DNA of 63,159 nucleotides, filler included, from Pelomyxa schiedti (taxonomy: Eukaryota; Protista; Evosea), in the NCBI GenBank assembly GCA_020536535.1. It is 7 parts of 7 records of this genome, joined end to end, with 100 filler letters (N's around TTAATTAATTAA, not from the genome) between each part and the next. Parts side by side here need not be neighbours in the genome. Positions count along the whole stretch, not along the records: positions 1 to 30,137 come from JAHLWZ010001003.1; 6 more parts are not named here. The stretch is one strand, 5' to 3'. Position 1 is the stretch's first letter. Each line of letters opens with the position of its first letter. The position numbers were made by a program, and so were the translations under genes. This document shows positions 1 through 10,993 of this stretch, piece after piece. The notes beneath the pieces were generated by a model. That model saw only the letters and a list, made by a program, of their open reading frames with translations. It had not been told where the DNA came from and searched no databases.

Positions 1-736
1 GTCCCTCCCAGTGTGATGTGAGAAACCTGTCGCAGCCAAGCCAGCACATAAAGGAGTGACGTGTGTCCAGCTCGTTGATATCGACGGTGCTGATTATTCC
101 CAGCGTCGAGCCGATCGACACTACAGTGGAACAGAACATGGCCTCACCCACGATGAAACGCTTCACAGGGGTGAGCACCCAACGCTCGCCGATGAGCCTC
201 ACCACGTCGTTTGTGAGGCGGGTGTGTGTGCGCAATGGGATTGTGGGTGGTGGTGGAGGGCACAAGGTGAGGAGGCACAGTGCAGCAAGTTGTTCACGTC
301 CGTCCAGCAACCGTTCGATTCGATGTGTAACGTGTCCCAGCTTGTCAATTGACCTGCCGTGAGTCGGGACATCTGGATAATCAGGGTGGGCTGGTGCCGG
401 TACCATCACAGACACCTGCTGTGTTTCCGCTGAGAACGACAGGGGTTTCACTGTGACCGCACTGCCCGGTCGTTTGTGCTTCTTGGTTGTAGGCGGTTTA
501 CCAACTGACGATGGTGTTGATGGTGACGACGATGTAGTTGTTGTTGTTGTGGTCGCTTCTGCTGCTGCCTTATCTACATGATGATAGGATGAGGGGGCGA
601 CAGGAAGAGGGGGAGGTGGAGGAGGGAAAAAAGTTATGGGAGCGGTGTGGTTGTTATCGCTGTTGCTGGTAGTGTTGCTGTTTTCCGTGTGTGGCCTTTT
701 ACGTTGTGTCTCGACATCTTGTTGTTGCGTGGCCAT
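1..736 (-). CDS. Uncharacterised superfamily, subfamily A copy (3' end runs off the window), with long low-complexity N-terminal extension
   Basis: Open frame from ATG at 736 (MATQQQDVET...) through REQLAALCLL...LTNDVVRLIGERWVLTPVKRFIV...VSIGSTLGII...WLGCD. The same motifs occur in 3094-4317 and 4374-5576. Confidence 0.85.
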   Translation of the reverse strand, partial: MATQQQDVETQRKRPHTENSNTTSNSDNNHTAPITFFPPPPPPLPVAPSSYHHVDKAAAEATTTTTTTSSSPSTPSSVGKPPTTKKHKRPGSAVTVKPLSFSAETQQVSVMVPAPAHPDYPDVPTHGRSIDKLGHVTHRIERLLDGREQLAALCLLTLCPPPPPTIPLRTHTRLTNDVVRLIGERWVLTPVKRFIVGEAMFCSTVVSIGSTLGIISTVDINELDTRHSFMCWLGCDRFLTSHWEG

Positions 737-763
737 CAAGATTTTTCCTTTTCTGCGTTTTCA

Positions 764-1642
764 TCATCGATGAGACGATGAGGGAGGGGTTGTTAAGACA
801 TCTTTGTCAGAATAATTATTTATCGTTTCAAACATAGTCAGAAAACGGCAGAGTGCGAGTCCTGTCTCCTCATCAATCACGGCCCTGCACTTGACTGACG
901 TGGCTGGTGATGGTGCCACTGGTCCCACAACCAAGCCACGGTCAAGGATGGTCTGGAACGTGATGTCATTCGGGACAGTGGTGCACGCTTGGCCTGTGAA
1001 CACGTTGAAGGTGGCTGTGTCCAGCCTGACCAGGTGGTCATTGGACTTGCTCACGTACTCACATGAATCGCACAGCTTGATTGTGTCACCTGTCCTGGGG
1101 TTCACTGCAAAGGCACTTGCAGACTTGCTGGTGGTTGTCAGGAACACCTGGCAAACAACCCTTGTGTTTCCACCAGCGTCCATGAACAGGAATGGATTGC
1201 AGAAAAAAGCTTTCTCTGGAGCATGGAACACGATGTCCTCCTTCACTGAAACCAATCTACCTGGTGGTGGGTGAAGAGAGTTTTAGTACAAGTGTCAAGA
1301 AAGAAAATATTCTATATCTATATCTATATTTTCTTTCTTGCCACTAGGAGGAAACCACTCGTGGGTCGTACCAGCTGAGAAGCTCTTCTCCAGGTCGACA
1401 GTCATCACCCTCTTGCGGTCACAAGTCAGCACCATCACCAATGCCTCATCGCCAAACCCAACGGTGCCAGGCTCAGTGCGCGAGAACACAACATTGACCA
1501 CTCCATACGCTCCATCAAGCAGCACCCACGACGATGGTGGTGATGGTGACGGTGGCGGTGATATCACCACCTTGTGGATGTATAATTCACTGGGACGCCA
1601 CGCCAGAACTTATCGCAATGGTACGGCGGGGACTGGATGGTG

Positions 1643-1643
<1 letters not shown>
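764..1643 (-). pseudogene. Subfamily A copy, C-terminal two-thirds only, frameshifted, one intron (~1261-1369)
   Basis: VVFSRTEPGTVGFGDEALV, TVDLEKSFSAG, FCNPFLFMD and RAVIDEETGLALCRF match the neighbours. A frameshift follows DKFW (~1605) where GNHKW is missing. The 5' side abuts a poly-G run. Confidence 0.75.

Positions 1644-1706
<63 letters not shown>
1644..1706. repeat. G homopolymer, ~63 nt
   Basis: Directly visible. True length is unreliable. Confidence 0.9.
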
Positions 1707-1709
<3 letters not shown>

Positions 1710-3093
1710 CTAGTCGTGACGAATCTCTTATCAAAAACAGGGTTGGTTTTTGTTGTGGTGATGGTGGAGGTGGCAACCGGCATTGTTGCCAGGACTGGGA
1801 CTGCTGGTATTGCCAGAGTTCAAACTGAAGTGGCCAAGGCCACTGCTCACCATGGCCTTTCCCACTTCGGTTTGAACCCCAGCGATATTGTCCTTGCAAC
1901 AATTCTGGTTGCCACCTCCACCATTGCCACCACAACAATTGACACCTCCAACAACTTCTGCCTCCACCATTAGCGGGAGCACCGCGGTCTTCCCACACCA
2001 CCGACATCGCCGTGTCGCTGAGATACTCTGTCGGCGGCGCGGCGATGTTGTATAGACACTGGTGTAACCAGGATACTGGTTGAGCCAAAGAAAAAAGGGA
2101 TGGAGAAAAGTTTGTCTCTGCTTTCGGCAATGTGTTTGTGGTGTTGTAAAGCAGAGTAGAGGGAAGTTGGCCCTGAATGAGTTGTGGGAACAGATATATT
2201 GTGACAACATACAGCCCCAAGGTGAACCAGGGGGGCACGATGTGGTACTTCAGAACCTATTCAGGGACTGTTCAGGGAATCAGTGGGGGGAAAAAAGGGA
2301 AAACACAAACTCATTCAGAATGTGCAATGCTGTGAGACACGGTGTATCTCCAGGGTGAAGAAAAAAACCTAGATCCAGAGTTAACTCGATGGGCAATGAA
2401 GGAGGTGAAAACCTGTGCAATGTCGAGCATAACCGTGGGTCTCAAGGTGCCAACAAACAGAAACGCACTGTGGCAACCGCTGCTTATGTTGTGTGCTCAT
2501 CCCGTGCTAATGTGATGTGAGAATGATATTGACAAATAGCACAACATAATATTTTATAATAAACATTATATTTTATTATATAATATATTTTATTATTATG
2601 TTTATAACATAATAATGATAATAATAGTAGTACAACCACGTCGAAACAAAAATAAATAAAGAGAGTAAATAAGTAAAAACACCTAACAAAGCAGTGTGTC
2701 ATTGTGTTGTGGCCGCGAAACAAAAGAACGATCACAACCAACACCAGTCCAGCCGCACCGGGTCATCACCTGGAACCCTACGCTGCCGACACTGCATCGC
2801 CTTTGTTTTGTCGATGGAATCGGTGATCAAAAACAAACAAAGTCGACAGATGTGCCGTGTCTGTGTTCGGGGTGAGGTAAAGGTGTTTTTTGGTGAATCT
2901 CTTGCCACTCTAACCCCGCCATCTGAATTCTATCTGACAACGTCGATCACACGTTCAACTGTCACGTGCTCGGCCGAGTGGGATCAACATTTCAGTTGAC
3001 GTGTATCTTCCAGCAATGATCAAAACAAGAAACAAGAAAGTCACTTAATTCCCCATCAGAAGGTCGTTGTGTATGTGTTATTCTCTAGTTTCT

Positions 3094-4317
3094 TCAGAGG
3101 AAGTGCAGAATAAAATCAGCTGACGGGGTGCGGCACCGGCACAGTGTCAGTCCTGTGTCTGTGTCAATCACAGCCCTTGACCTGCCTGGTGATTCTCCCG
3201 CAGGCTCAGCCACTATCAGCAAGCCACAGTACAGGATGGTCTGATCCAGGTAACTTGGGAGTGCCGTCAACACTTTCCCTGTGAACACGTCATAGGTTGC
3301 GCCATCCAGCTTGACAAGTTGGTTGTTGACCTTCGTGACACACTGCGTGCACTCATCACACAGCTTGGTCCTACAGCCCGTCCAGAGGCTCACTGCAAAG
3401 ACACCAAATGGCGGCGTGCTCGCGGCCAGCTCGTGCACCTGGTTGATCACCACAGGGTGGCCAATTTCATCCAAAAACAGCAAGGGATTGCAGTAAGTCC
3501 CTGGCGGCGTGGCACACTCCATCCCTTCACTCACCACGGACAGGTACCCGGAGGAGAAGCTCTTTCCCAGGTCCACAGTGAGGACCATCCTGCCGCAGCA
3601 AACCCCGGCGCGATAGTTGCCATTGGAAAAGTACACCAGCACCGACGCCTCGTCGCCAGGCCCGATTAAGTCAGGCTCACTGTGTGAGAACACAACATCG
3701 ACGTTGCTATCCAACATCACGCGTGGTTGTTCTGCAGTGTCAAGTTTCACCCACAATGATGATGGTGATGACCAAGAGCAGGAGTGTTTTTTGCTACCGC
3801 CGCTGCTGCCAGTGACAGAGTCATCATAACTGGAGCCATTCTCAAACAACTTGCAGAGGTACAGCCTCCTGTAATCCCAGGCAAGTGCCCACTTGTGGTT
3901 TCCCCAGAACGACTCTGGTCCCTGAAGGTCATCCACCTGCGTCGAGCAGCCTGATTTCGTAAGGTCCACGACTTGGAGCTGCCTCTCAGGGTCCCTGGAG
4001 GCGTCGTCGAAGTGGGCGAGGATCATGTCGCAGCCCAGCCAGCACAGGAACGTGTGGTCGGGGGTCCAGTCGTCCGTCTCGTCGGCGCCGATGATCCCGA
4101 GGGTGGAGCCGATCGACACGACGGCCGAGCGGGACATAGGAGCGGAAACGATGAAACGCCTGGCGGGCGTGAGCACCCAGCGCTCACCGATGAGCCTCAC
4201 TACATCGTTTGTGAGGAAGTGGCGTGTGCGTGATGGGATTGTGGGAGACATTGCGAGGAGGCACATCGCAATGAGTTGGTCGTGTGCGTCGATCACAGAT
4301 TCGACGGTGACTTGCAT
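3094..4317 (-). CDS. Subfamily A copy, intronless, ~407 aa
   Basis: ATG at 4317 (MQVTVESVIDAHDQLIAMCL). Motifs LTNDVVRLIGERWVLTP, SIGSTLGII, FWGNHKW, VDLGKSF, IDTDTGLTL. Confidence 0.9.
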   Translation of the reverse strand: MQVTVESVIDAHDQLIAMCLLAMSPTIPSRTRHFLTNDVVRLIGERWVLTPARRFIVSAPMSRSAVVSIGSTLGIIGADETDDWTPDHTFLCWLGCDMILAHFDDASRDPERQLQVVDLTKSGCSTQVDDLQGPESFWGNHKWALAWDYRRLYLCKLFENGSSYDDSVTGSSGGSKKHSCSWSSPSSLWVKLDTAEQPRVMLDSNVDVVFSHSEPDLIGPGDEASVLVYFSNGNYRAGVCCGRMVLTVDLGKSFSSGYLSVVSEGMECATPPGTYCNPLLFLDEIGHPVVINQVHELAASTPPFGVFAVSLWTGCRTKLCDECTQCVTKVNNQLVKLDGATYDVFTGKVLTALPSYLDQTILYCGLLIVAEPAGESPGRSRAVIDTDTGLTLCRCRTPSADFILHFL

Positions 4318-4373
4318 TGATAATTCTGAGAAAATGATATCACTTTGGTTACTTTGCAAAGAACACAGTGAGT

Positions 4374-5576
4374 TCAGAGGAAGGAAGCGGTTGTCAACAC
4401 AGAAGCTGGGGCACAGAACAGGCACAGTGTGAGTCCTGTCTCTAAATCAATCATAGCCCTGGACATTACTGATGTGCCTGGTGATTCTGTCAACTTCGAG
4501 CCAATGGCAAGGCCACGGTCCAGCATGGTCTGTTGTGGCACACCATCTGGGAAAACCACTTCACCTGTGAACACATTGTAGGTTTGCCTGTCCAGCCTGA
4601 CAAGCTTGTTGCTGACCTTCTCAACCCACTCAGATGCATCCCCCAGCTTTGTCCTCTTGCCTGTCAACAAGCAAACTGAAAAGACACTGAATGTGCTCGA
4701 CGTCACTCCCTGTTGTGCCTGGTTCAAAGCCATTGCGTGACCACTTCCATCGACGAACAGGAAGGGGTTGCAGTAACTACTTGGCGGGATGACACACTCT
4801 GGGCCCTCCCTCACAACAACCACGGAGCCAGTGGAGAAGCTCTTTTGCAGGTCCACAGTGAGGAGCCTCCTGCTGTGGCGGACATCTCTGTGCGAAAAGA
4901 ACACAAGTGCCTCGTCACCAGGCCCAATGAGACCAGGCTCGGTGCGCGAGAACACAACGTCCACGTTGCTGTGTGTGTTGAGTTTCACCCACTTATGGGT
5001 CGATGAAGTGCTAGCAGTCACTGATTCGCTGGACTCTGTGGTATCGTCTTCATCATCGTTTGATTGGCTCAATTCAGGCAGCCTGAGGATTGAGAGCATT
5101 CCGGCCTCCCATGCCACGACCCACTTATGGTTGCCCCAGAACCTGTCGGGCATGTGCTTTGGCTGCTGTATCTCATCTTCCAATTGTGGGAAGCAGCCGC
5201 CCCGTGAAACGTCCAACACCTGCAGCTGCCTCCTTGGCACGCTCCACCGGTCGTAGATCTGGGCCAGGAGCCTGTCGCAGCCCAGCCAGCACACAAACGT
5301 GTGGTCGGGGGTCCAGTCGTCGGTAATATCGTCGGCAGCGGTTATTCCCAAGGTGGAGCCGATAGATACAATGGCGGAGCCACGCTCGGCGGAAATGATG
5401 AAGCGCCTGACGGGTGTGAGCACCCAGCGCTCACCGATGAGCCTCACAACGTCGTTTGTGAGGAAAGGGGGCTGGCGAGACGGGATTGTGGGATGTGGTG
5501 GTGGGCACAACCAGAGACACATGGTAACGCATTGGCCTCGGGCGTCGATCACACGTTTGACGGTTGTGCTCGGCAT
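4374..5576 (-). CDS. Subfamily A copy, intronless, 400 aa
   Basis: Long ORF, colinear close paralogue of 3094-4317. Confidence 0.9.
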   Translation of the reverse strand: MPSTTVKRVIDARGQCVTMCLWLCPPPHPTIPSRQPPFLTNDVVRLIGERWVLTPVRRFIISAERGSAIVSIGSTLGITAADDITDDWTPDHTFVCWLGCDRLLAQIYDRWSVPRRQLQVLDVSRGGCFPQLEDEIQQPKHMPDRFWGNHKWVVAWEAGMLSILRLPELSQSNDDEDDTTESSESVTASTSSTHKWVKLNTHSNVDVVFSRTEPGLIGPGDEALVFFSHRDVRHSRRLLTVDLQKSFSTGSVVVVREGPECVIPPSSYCNPFLFVDGSGHAMALNQAQQGVTSSTFSVFSVCLLTGKRTKLGDASEWVEKVSNKLVRLDRQTYNVFTGEVVFPDGVPQQTMLDRGLAIGSKLTESPGTSVMSRAMIDLETGLTLCLFCAPASVLTTASFL

Positions 5577-5672
5577 AGATAATTTTCGTTGAATTTGTTG
5601 TGAAAGAACAGATCGATTTTGCGATAAATCACTGGACTGGAATCAACTCGTTGCACAGCACGAGGAAGGGAA

Positions 5673-6362
5673 ATGATGCCACCACAGTATAAAGGTTTGT
5701 GGTCCTGTGGGCACTGGCAAATCCGCCTTGACGATAAATTTCACCAAGCACTGTTTCATCGCTGGTGTGTGTCCATGTTTCTGTTTCTTCGGTTTTCCCT
5801 TTGATTCTAACTCTATAGAATAGAATACGACCCTACAATTGAGCAGATTTATCGCCACGAGGTTCAAATTGACCATGCCCCAATGTGTACAGTGGACATA
5901 CTTGATACCGGTTGCCCTGTGGCTCTAATTTATATTACAATTTCCTACCTTGTATAACCCCTAGTGTATTTACAGGTGGCCAAGATGTAGAATACCCTAC
6001 TCTCCTGGAACACAACATGGTAACGTGGCAAGGTTTCCTCGTTGTTTACACTGTCACATCAAGGGAATCATTCAATGAAGTCAACAGTATTGTGTAGGTT
6101 TTGTTGTTCCTAATTCCAACCTCACAAACTGACCCAACCAAAAAGGGCACAAATACACCGCGTGAAGCCAGCAGGCAGAATTCCCATTGTTCTGTGTGGA
6201 AACCAATGTGACATGGACAAAGAACGCCAGGTGAGCACAATGGAGGGCATAAACCTGGCCCAGTCACTTGGGTGCCCCTTTTTCGAGACATCAGCCAAGA
6301 CAAGCCTCAATGTTGCGAGTGCTTTCTTTGAGGTTGTGAGAGAAATAAAACGCACACACTAG
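5673..6362 (+). pseudogene. Ras-family GTPase paralogue 1, frameshifted near the start
   Basis: Four exons give GPVGTGKS, EYDPTIEQIYR, DILDTGGQ, GNQCD and ETSAK. It lacks 5 nt at ~5693 relative to the paralogue at 8447, which puts the ATG out of frame with the P-loop. No CAAX. Confidence 0.75.
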
Positions 6363-6423
6363 AACTTTGAAAGTTATTTAAATAAAACTGTTTTACCCGA
6401 AACAAATCATCATTTTTTGATGA

Positions 6424-7707
6424 ATGATCAGTTCCAACGAAAAACTGGTTGGAACTGAAATGATGGTCGACGCAACACACGAACCTGCTGTTGTTGCTGG
6501 CCACCAACAGATACGAAACAAATTGGTCACGACATACACAAGGGTTACATGCAAGGATCAGTTTTCGGCCCTTTTGACATCGTCGGTTTCACGGTGTGGA
6601 GCAAGGAGCCCGGCACGCGACGCCTCGTGCAACTCCCAACTCATGCACGCAATGTGGCGTCATTTCATTGTGGGATCTGCCCACTGGTTTGTGCTTGTTC
6701 TGGAACCAGATTTCAGCTCGAGTGACAAGGAGTGGGTCACAGTCACGTTCGGCGTGTCTCCCACAATGATGGGTATCACGCATTCCCCAAGTTTAATTCG
6801 CAGGTGTGAGGGTGAGTGGCTGGGGCCTGGCATGTGCATGCTGTACAGGACCGACAAGGATCGTCGTTCCTTTTCACTGTTTCTTTCCCACAATGGCGCT
6901 GATGAAGGTGCCTGCATTGGGTCAAATTTGACACAGTGCCGTCATTGCGCCAACAGAAAGTGGCTCCTTGTGTGGAAGGTTTCAGTTTTCGGTGATGGGG
7001 AACATACACTGAACATAACAGATATCCAGCAACTCCAATCCGATGCTCAGAGAGAAAAAGGAACAACAACAGTTCCCACTGTTGTGATTCCTTTCTTGGA
7101 AACATCTTTTTACCCAAGTGCCTATGGAATTGAGATGAACAAGGCAAACCCTGATGAGGTGTTGGTGTGGAGTGTCAACTGTGATGTTGCCTACTTCACA
7201 TTGCTTGATGTTCCTCAGACATACAGGACGAATGTGTTGGCTGTTGTGAACTCAACCGAGTTCTCTCTTCCACCATGGAGGACATTCCACCAGGTCGTTA
7301 TCCTGAGGAGGCTGAGTGGTGAGGTTGTGTATGCAGTGAATGTGCACGTTCTTTCCAATGAAGGACAGAGGCATCATCTTCTGTTTCTGGTTGAATCATC
7401 CACTGGCACGGTCAACCAGGTTTCATCAGAGTTCACTGACCTCACACAGGTGAGTGAGTCGCTGTTCTGTGGGTCCTGCGGTGGTGATTCATACCAACTC
7501 TGGGACTGCAACAACACAGCACACTCAGTGTGCATCAGTCATGATTTCCCAAACAACACCAAACAAGTTGTTGGTGGAAGTGGTTTCCTGTTTCTTCTCA
7601 GTGGAAACCAGGTCAGTGTCACATATGCAGTGTCTGGCGCAACTCTTCTTGTGTTTGAAGTGAACTACCCTGTTTCTTGTATAAACCCAAGTCTTTGCCT
7701 GTTATAG
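6424..7707 (+). CDS. Uncharacterised superfamily, subfamily B, intronless ~427 aa
   Basis: KDQFSALL..SRCGARSPAR, GVSPTMMGI, CANRKWLL, LLDVPQTY, YAVSGATL. Confidence 0.85.
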   Translation: MISSNEKLVGTEMMVDATHEPAVVAGHQQIRNKLVTTYTRVTCKDQFSALLTSSVSRCGARSPARDASCNSQLMHAMWRHFIVGSAHWFVLVLEPDFSSSDKEWVTVTFGVSPTMMGITHSPSLIRRCEGEWLGPGMCMLYRTDKDRRSFSLFLSHNGADEGACIGSNLTQCRHCANRKWLLVWKVSVFGDGEHTLNITDIQQLQSDAQREKGTTTVPTVVIPFLETSFYPSAYGIEMNKANPDEVLVWSVNCDVAYFTLLDVPQTYRTNVLAVVNSTEFSLPPWRTFHQVVILRRLSGEVVYAVNVHVLSNEGQRHHLLFLVESSTGTVNQVSSEFTDLTQVSESLFCGSCGGDSYQLWDCNNTAHSVCISHDFPNNTKQVVGGSGFLFLLSGNQVSVTYAVSGATLLVFEVNYPVSCINPSLCLL

Positions 7708-7949
7708 GTGTCAAAGAAAACATGTTTTTCTCATTTTGATGGAACACATGTGTATGGGTTTGATTGATGAGTGTGAACGGGCATAGCCCAAATTCGTTGA
7801 GAAAGATGATGTCGAAAAGCGGCTACGGTTGTGGCGGTGATCTCCGATCCAGGAGCCAGCACTTTGCGTTGTGATTTGTGTCGTGGGTCCTGTGGGACAA
7901 CGTCGTGGTGCCGTGGCCTCACCCTAACTAACTTAGTTGAGGAAGGTGA

Positions 7950-8120
7950 GATGGAGCAGCAGCAGCAGCAGGAGGAGGAGATAGTAAGAATGATGGTGGT
8001 GGCAGTAGCAGTAGCAGTAGTGGCAGTGGCAGTGGCAGTGTTAGTGGGAATCGGGGATCGGGGTGGGGGTGATGGGGGGGACTGGGGGGAATGGAGGGGG
8101 AGGAGGAGGAAGGGGAAGGA
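7950..8120. repeat. Low-complexity (CAG)n, (GCAGTR)n and G-rich tract
   Basis: Visible simple repeats. The overlapping ORFs are low-complexity only. Confidence 0.7.
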
Positions 8121-8446
8121 GCAGGTGGGGCTGTGCAGAGGGGGCCACTTGGAAATGTTGAGAGCAACTGCGAGCGTTGGGTGCCGTCACTTGATCTGAT
8201 CTTGCTGCTCCCTCTGTATGTATCCTGTGTTGTTTGTGCGATGTCTTTCCTGCAACAAACGAGGAGTTGCTATGTGGCTTTATCACGAGTTCCACATCAC
8301 CCTCCCTCAGGTATTTTTCAGGTGCTTGTAAGCCACATCACCACTGAACGCACAACACACATAAAGTTGATGGGCATTTTTACGATTTCAATTTGGATGA
8401 TTCAGAGAATGAGTATTACTCGTAGTACGTCGTAAGGGGCAGGGAT

Positions 8447-9148
8447 ATGATGCCAGAGTATAAATTAGTGGTTTGTGGGCCGGGGATCACGGGAAAGTCT
8501 GCTATTACAACATATTTCGTACAACACCATTTCGTTGCTGGTGCGTTTGTTTGTTGTTTGTAAGGCCTTTGTTGGTTTTTATGATGCCTCTTTGTAAATG
8601 CAGAGTATTACTCAACAATTGAGGACTCTTATCGCAAGCAGGTTGAAATTGACAATCAACCTTGTTGTCTGGATATTCTTGATACTGGTTTGGCTCCTCT
8701 CTCATTTGAATGAAAAACACTAAGTGAGTGTGCGGTGATTTTACAGCTGGCCAAGAGGAATACAGTGCCATGAGGGGCGAATACATGAGGTCAGCACAAG
8801 GCTTCCTTGTTGTTTACTCTGTCATTTCAAGGGAATCATTCAATGAAGTCAACAGTTTCATGTGGGTTTGTTGCTTTTGGAAATTTATAGCTATGTTGAA
8901 ATCATTTCAACACTAACACCAATTTATAAAGGGAACAAATCCGCTGTGCGAAGCCGGCAGGCAGAATTCCCATTGTTCTGTGTGGAAACATATGTGACAT
9001 GGACAAAGAACGCCAAGTGAGCACAATGGAAGGCATAAACCTGGCCCAATCACTTGGGTGCCCCTTTTTCGAGACATCAGCCAAGACAAGCCTCAATGTT
9101 GAGTCTGCTTTCTTTGAGGTTGTGAGAGAAATAAAGCGAACACACTGA
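8447..9148 (+). CDS. Ras-family GTPase paralogue 2, 4 exons, no CAAX
   Basis: [18 protein letters not shown] / [28 protein letters not shown] / [10 protein letters not shown] / GNICD..ETSAK..EIKRTH*, with GT-AG introns. Confidence 0.9.
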
Positions 9149-9386
9149 AACTTTGAAAGTTGTTTATCACTGCAATGAATAGGACACACTCACAAAAAAC
9201 CGCAAACAGCAACTGGAGTAATGGCCTTCGTTGAGCAATCAACTACCACCCCCATTTTGTCCATCACCCTCATCACCATTTCCAACAACACTCCAAATTT
9301 CTGGATTTGGTTTGGTAACAAACAGCACCACCTTCAAAGAGAAATTCAACTTAGGAAACCAGAGGGTGAAGGGAAATACCTTTTTT

Positions 9387-10739
9387 TCACCTTCTTTTGC
9401 CTTTGAGTTTTTTCTTCTTCTGTGGTTTTCTGCCCCATGCTGTGTATCCTACTGATGTTGGAATTCCTGTGTTCATACAAGGTTCATCATTGCGCTTTGC
9501 TCGCGTGTTGGTTTGGGGAACTACTTTGGCTGTTACTTCGCCAACGAAGCCACCTGTGGATGCATTGAGTAGGGAAATGCACCAGCTCTTGGTGTCCTTG
9601 CAGAAGGTGTACTTGGCAATTGCACCAGATTGCAGGGGGAGCGCAATGTGCTCCCCTTTGGGTTGCTTGTGGATGGAGAAGCACGGGGTATCAAGGTTGG
9701 TTGCATTGAAGATGTGGTGAGTGAAGGTCTCTGGGTTCTCAACGCAAAGGAGCTCAGGGCCTATGGGAGTCACAAACAGGGGACTTGGGAAGATGTGTGT
9801 TTCTCCAGTTGTGGAGTTGCACACCTGGTATTCGCCTGTACTTCTGCTCCTGTGGATAGTGCAGATGTCTTCTCCAACAAGTGCATCAATAGGATCGCCG
9901 TATGGAATGGACACTGTTTTCTTCAGTACCAAGGAACGGGATACGAAAGATTCCCACAGGTTAACGTGCCAAATGCAGCCACGTGAGTAATCCTTATTAT
10001 TTCCAAAGGCCAACAGAATGTTGCTGTCCACAGCTGAGAACATTGCAACACGGAAATGGGACTTTGTTGGTATAGAAGCATACGGCTCCAGAGCGTCGCC
10101 ATTGTCTAGCCGCCACACTCTCATGAGAGAAGATTCAATAATCACGATCCAGTTTCTGTTTGCACGGGTGCTGATGGAACCATGCACAAAAGTGTGGTAA
10201 ATCGTGGCTACAGTGGAAGGAGGAAGTGGCCTGCCCCCAGGCGAAGGCGTCACAGTAGCAGGCCTGATCCAATAGGATTGATTCCTTGTCACCACCTCCA
10301 AGAATTTGCGCGGTCCGATGTTCCCGGCAATCCAGCAGTCGCGGTCCAACGCACGGCAGCAGCTGAACCATACAACCCCGAGCGTTGGCGACTTCCCCAT
10401 CATCACCCGCAGCTCCGGCACGTCGAAATCCAGCATAGAGTATCCACCACCAGCACAGTCTTCCTCCTCCTCGGGGCAGACAGCTCCCTCCTCCTCGCCG
10501 CGCAGTTTACTGACTGAACAGCGCGGCAGAGTGAACGCAACCTCGGTCGCGGTTGGAGTAACCCACGTCCTGCCGAAATCGGCCCACATAGTGTGCGGCA
10601 CCACGCCAAGAAAGCAGCCGCGTTTTGATCCGCACCGACGCGCAAACGCGCCCACACACAGCGCCACAAACTGGTCCCGAGCCCACACGATCTCACCCAC
10701 ACCAACACTGACGATCGCAGGTGTCTCAGAGGTACACAT
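9387..10739 (-). CDS. Uncharacterised superfamily, subfamily C, intronless 450 aa with basic tail
   Basis: ARDQFVALC..RRCG, GRTWV, KSPTLGVV, RANRNWIV, VNLWESF, LNASTG. The C-terminal KKKKLKGKRR is a possible NLS. Confidence 0.85.
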   Translation of the reverse strand: MCTSETPAIVSVGVGEIVWARDQFVALCVGAFARRCGSKRGCFLGVVPHTMWADFGRTWVTPTATEVAFTLPRCSVSKLRGEEEGAVCPEEEEDCAGGGYSMLDFDVPELRVMMGKSPTLGVVWFSCCRALDRDCWIAGNIGPRKFLEVVTRNQSYWIRPATVTPSPGGRPLPPSTVATIYHTFVHGSISTRANRNWIVIIESSLMRVWRLDNGDALEPYASIPTKSHFRVAMFSAVDSNILLAFGNNKDYSRGCIWHVNLWESFVSRSLVLKKTVSIPYGDPIDALVGEDICTIHRSRSTGEYQVCNSTTGETHIFPSPLFVTPIGPELLCVENPETFTHHIFNATNLDTPCFSIHKQPKGEHIALPLQSGAIAKYTFCKDTKSWCISLLNASTGGFVGEVTAKVVPQTNTRAKRNDEPCMNTGIPTSVGYTAWGRKPQKKKKLKGKRR

Positions 10740-10993
10740 CGCCTGAATGTGTTATTTTATTTTTGGAATGATCTGAAGAACGGATAGCGATCAGGAGGAC
10801 TCCTTGGCAGGTGACAGGTGACGTCTCAATTGCCCTGCATCTGTTAGTCTCTCAAGGAGAGTCCACTGCACAAATTGAGATCTTGGAGTTCCATCAAACG
10901 TATGATAGCGGAACGCAAAAATAAAAGAACAAAAACTAAAAAGGAAAAACCTAAACGCTCTTTGCGAAACAACGACACAAAGCGACACGCAAA

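Noticed and set aside
1338-2238. Poly-Gly and poly-Pro ORFs
   Set aside because: They are products of the G homopolymer, whose length and frame are unreliable.
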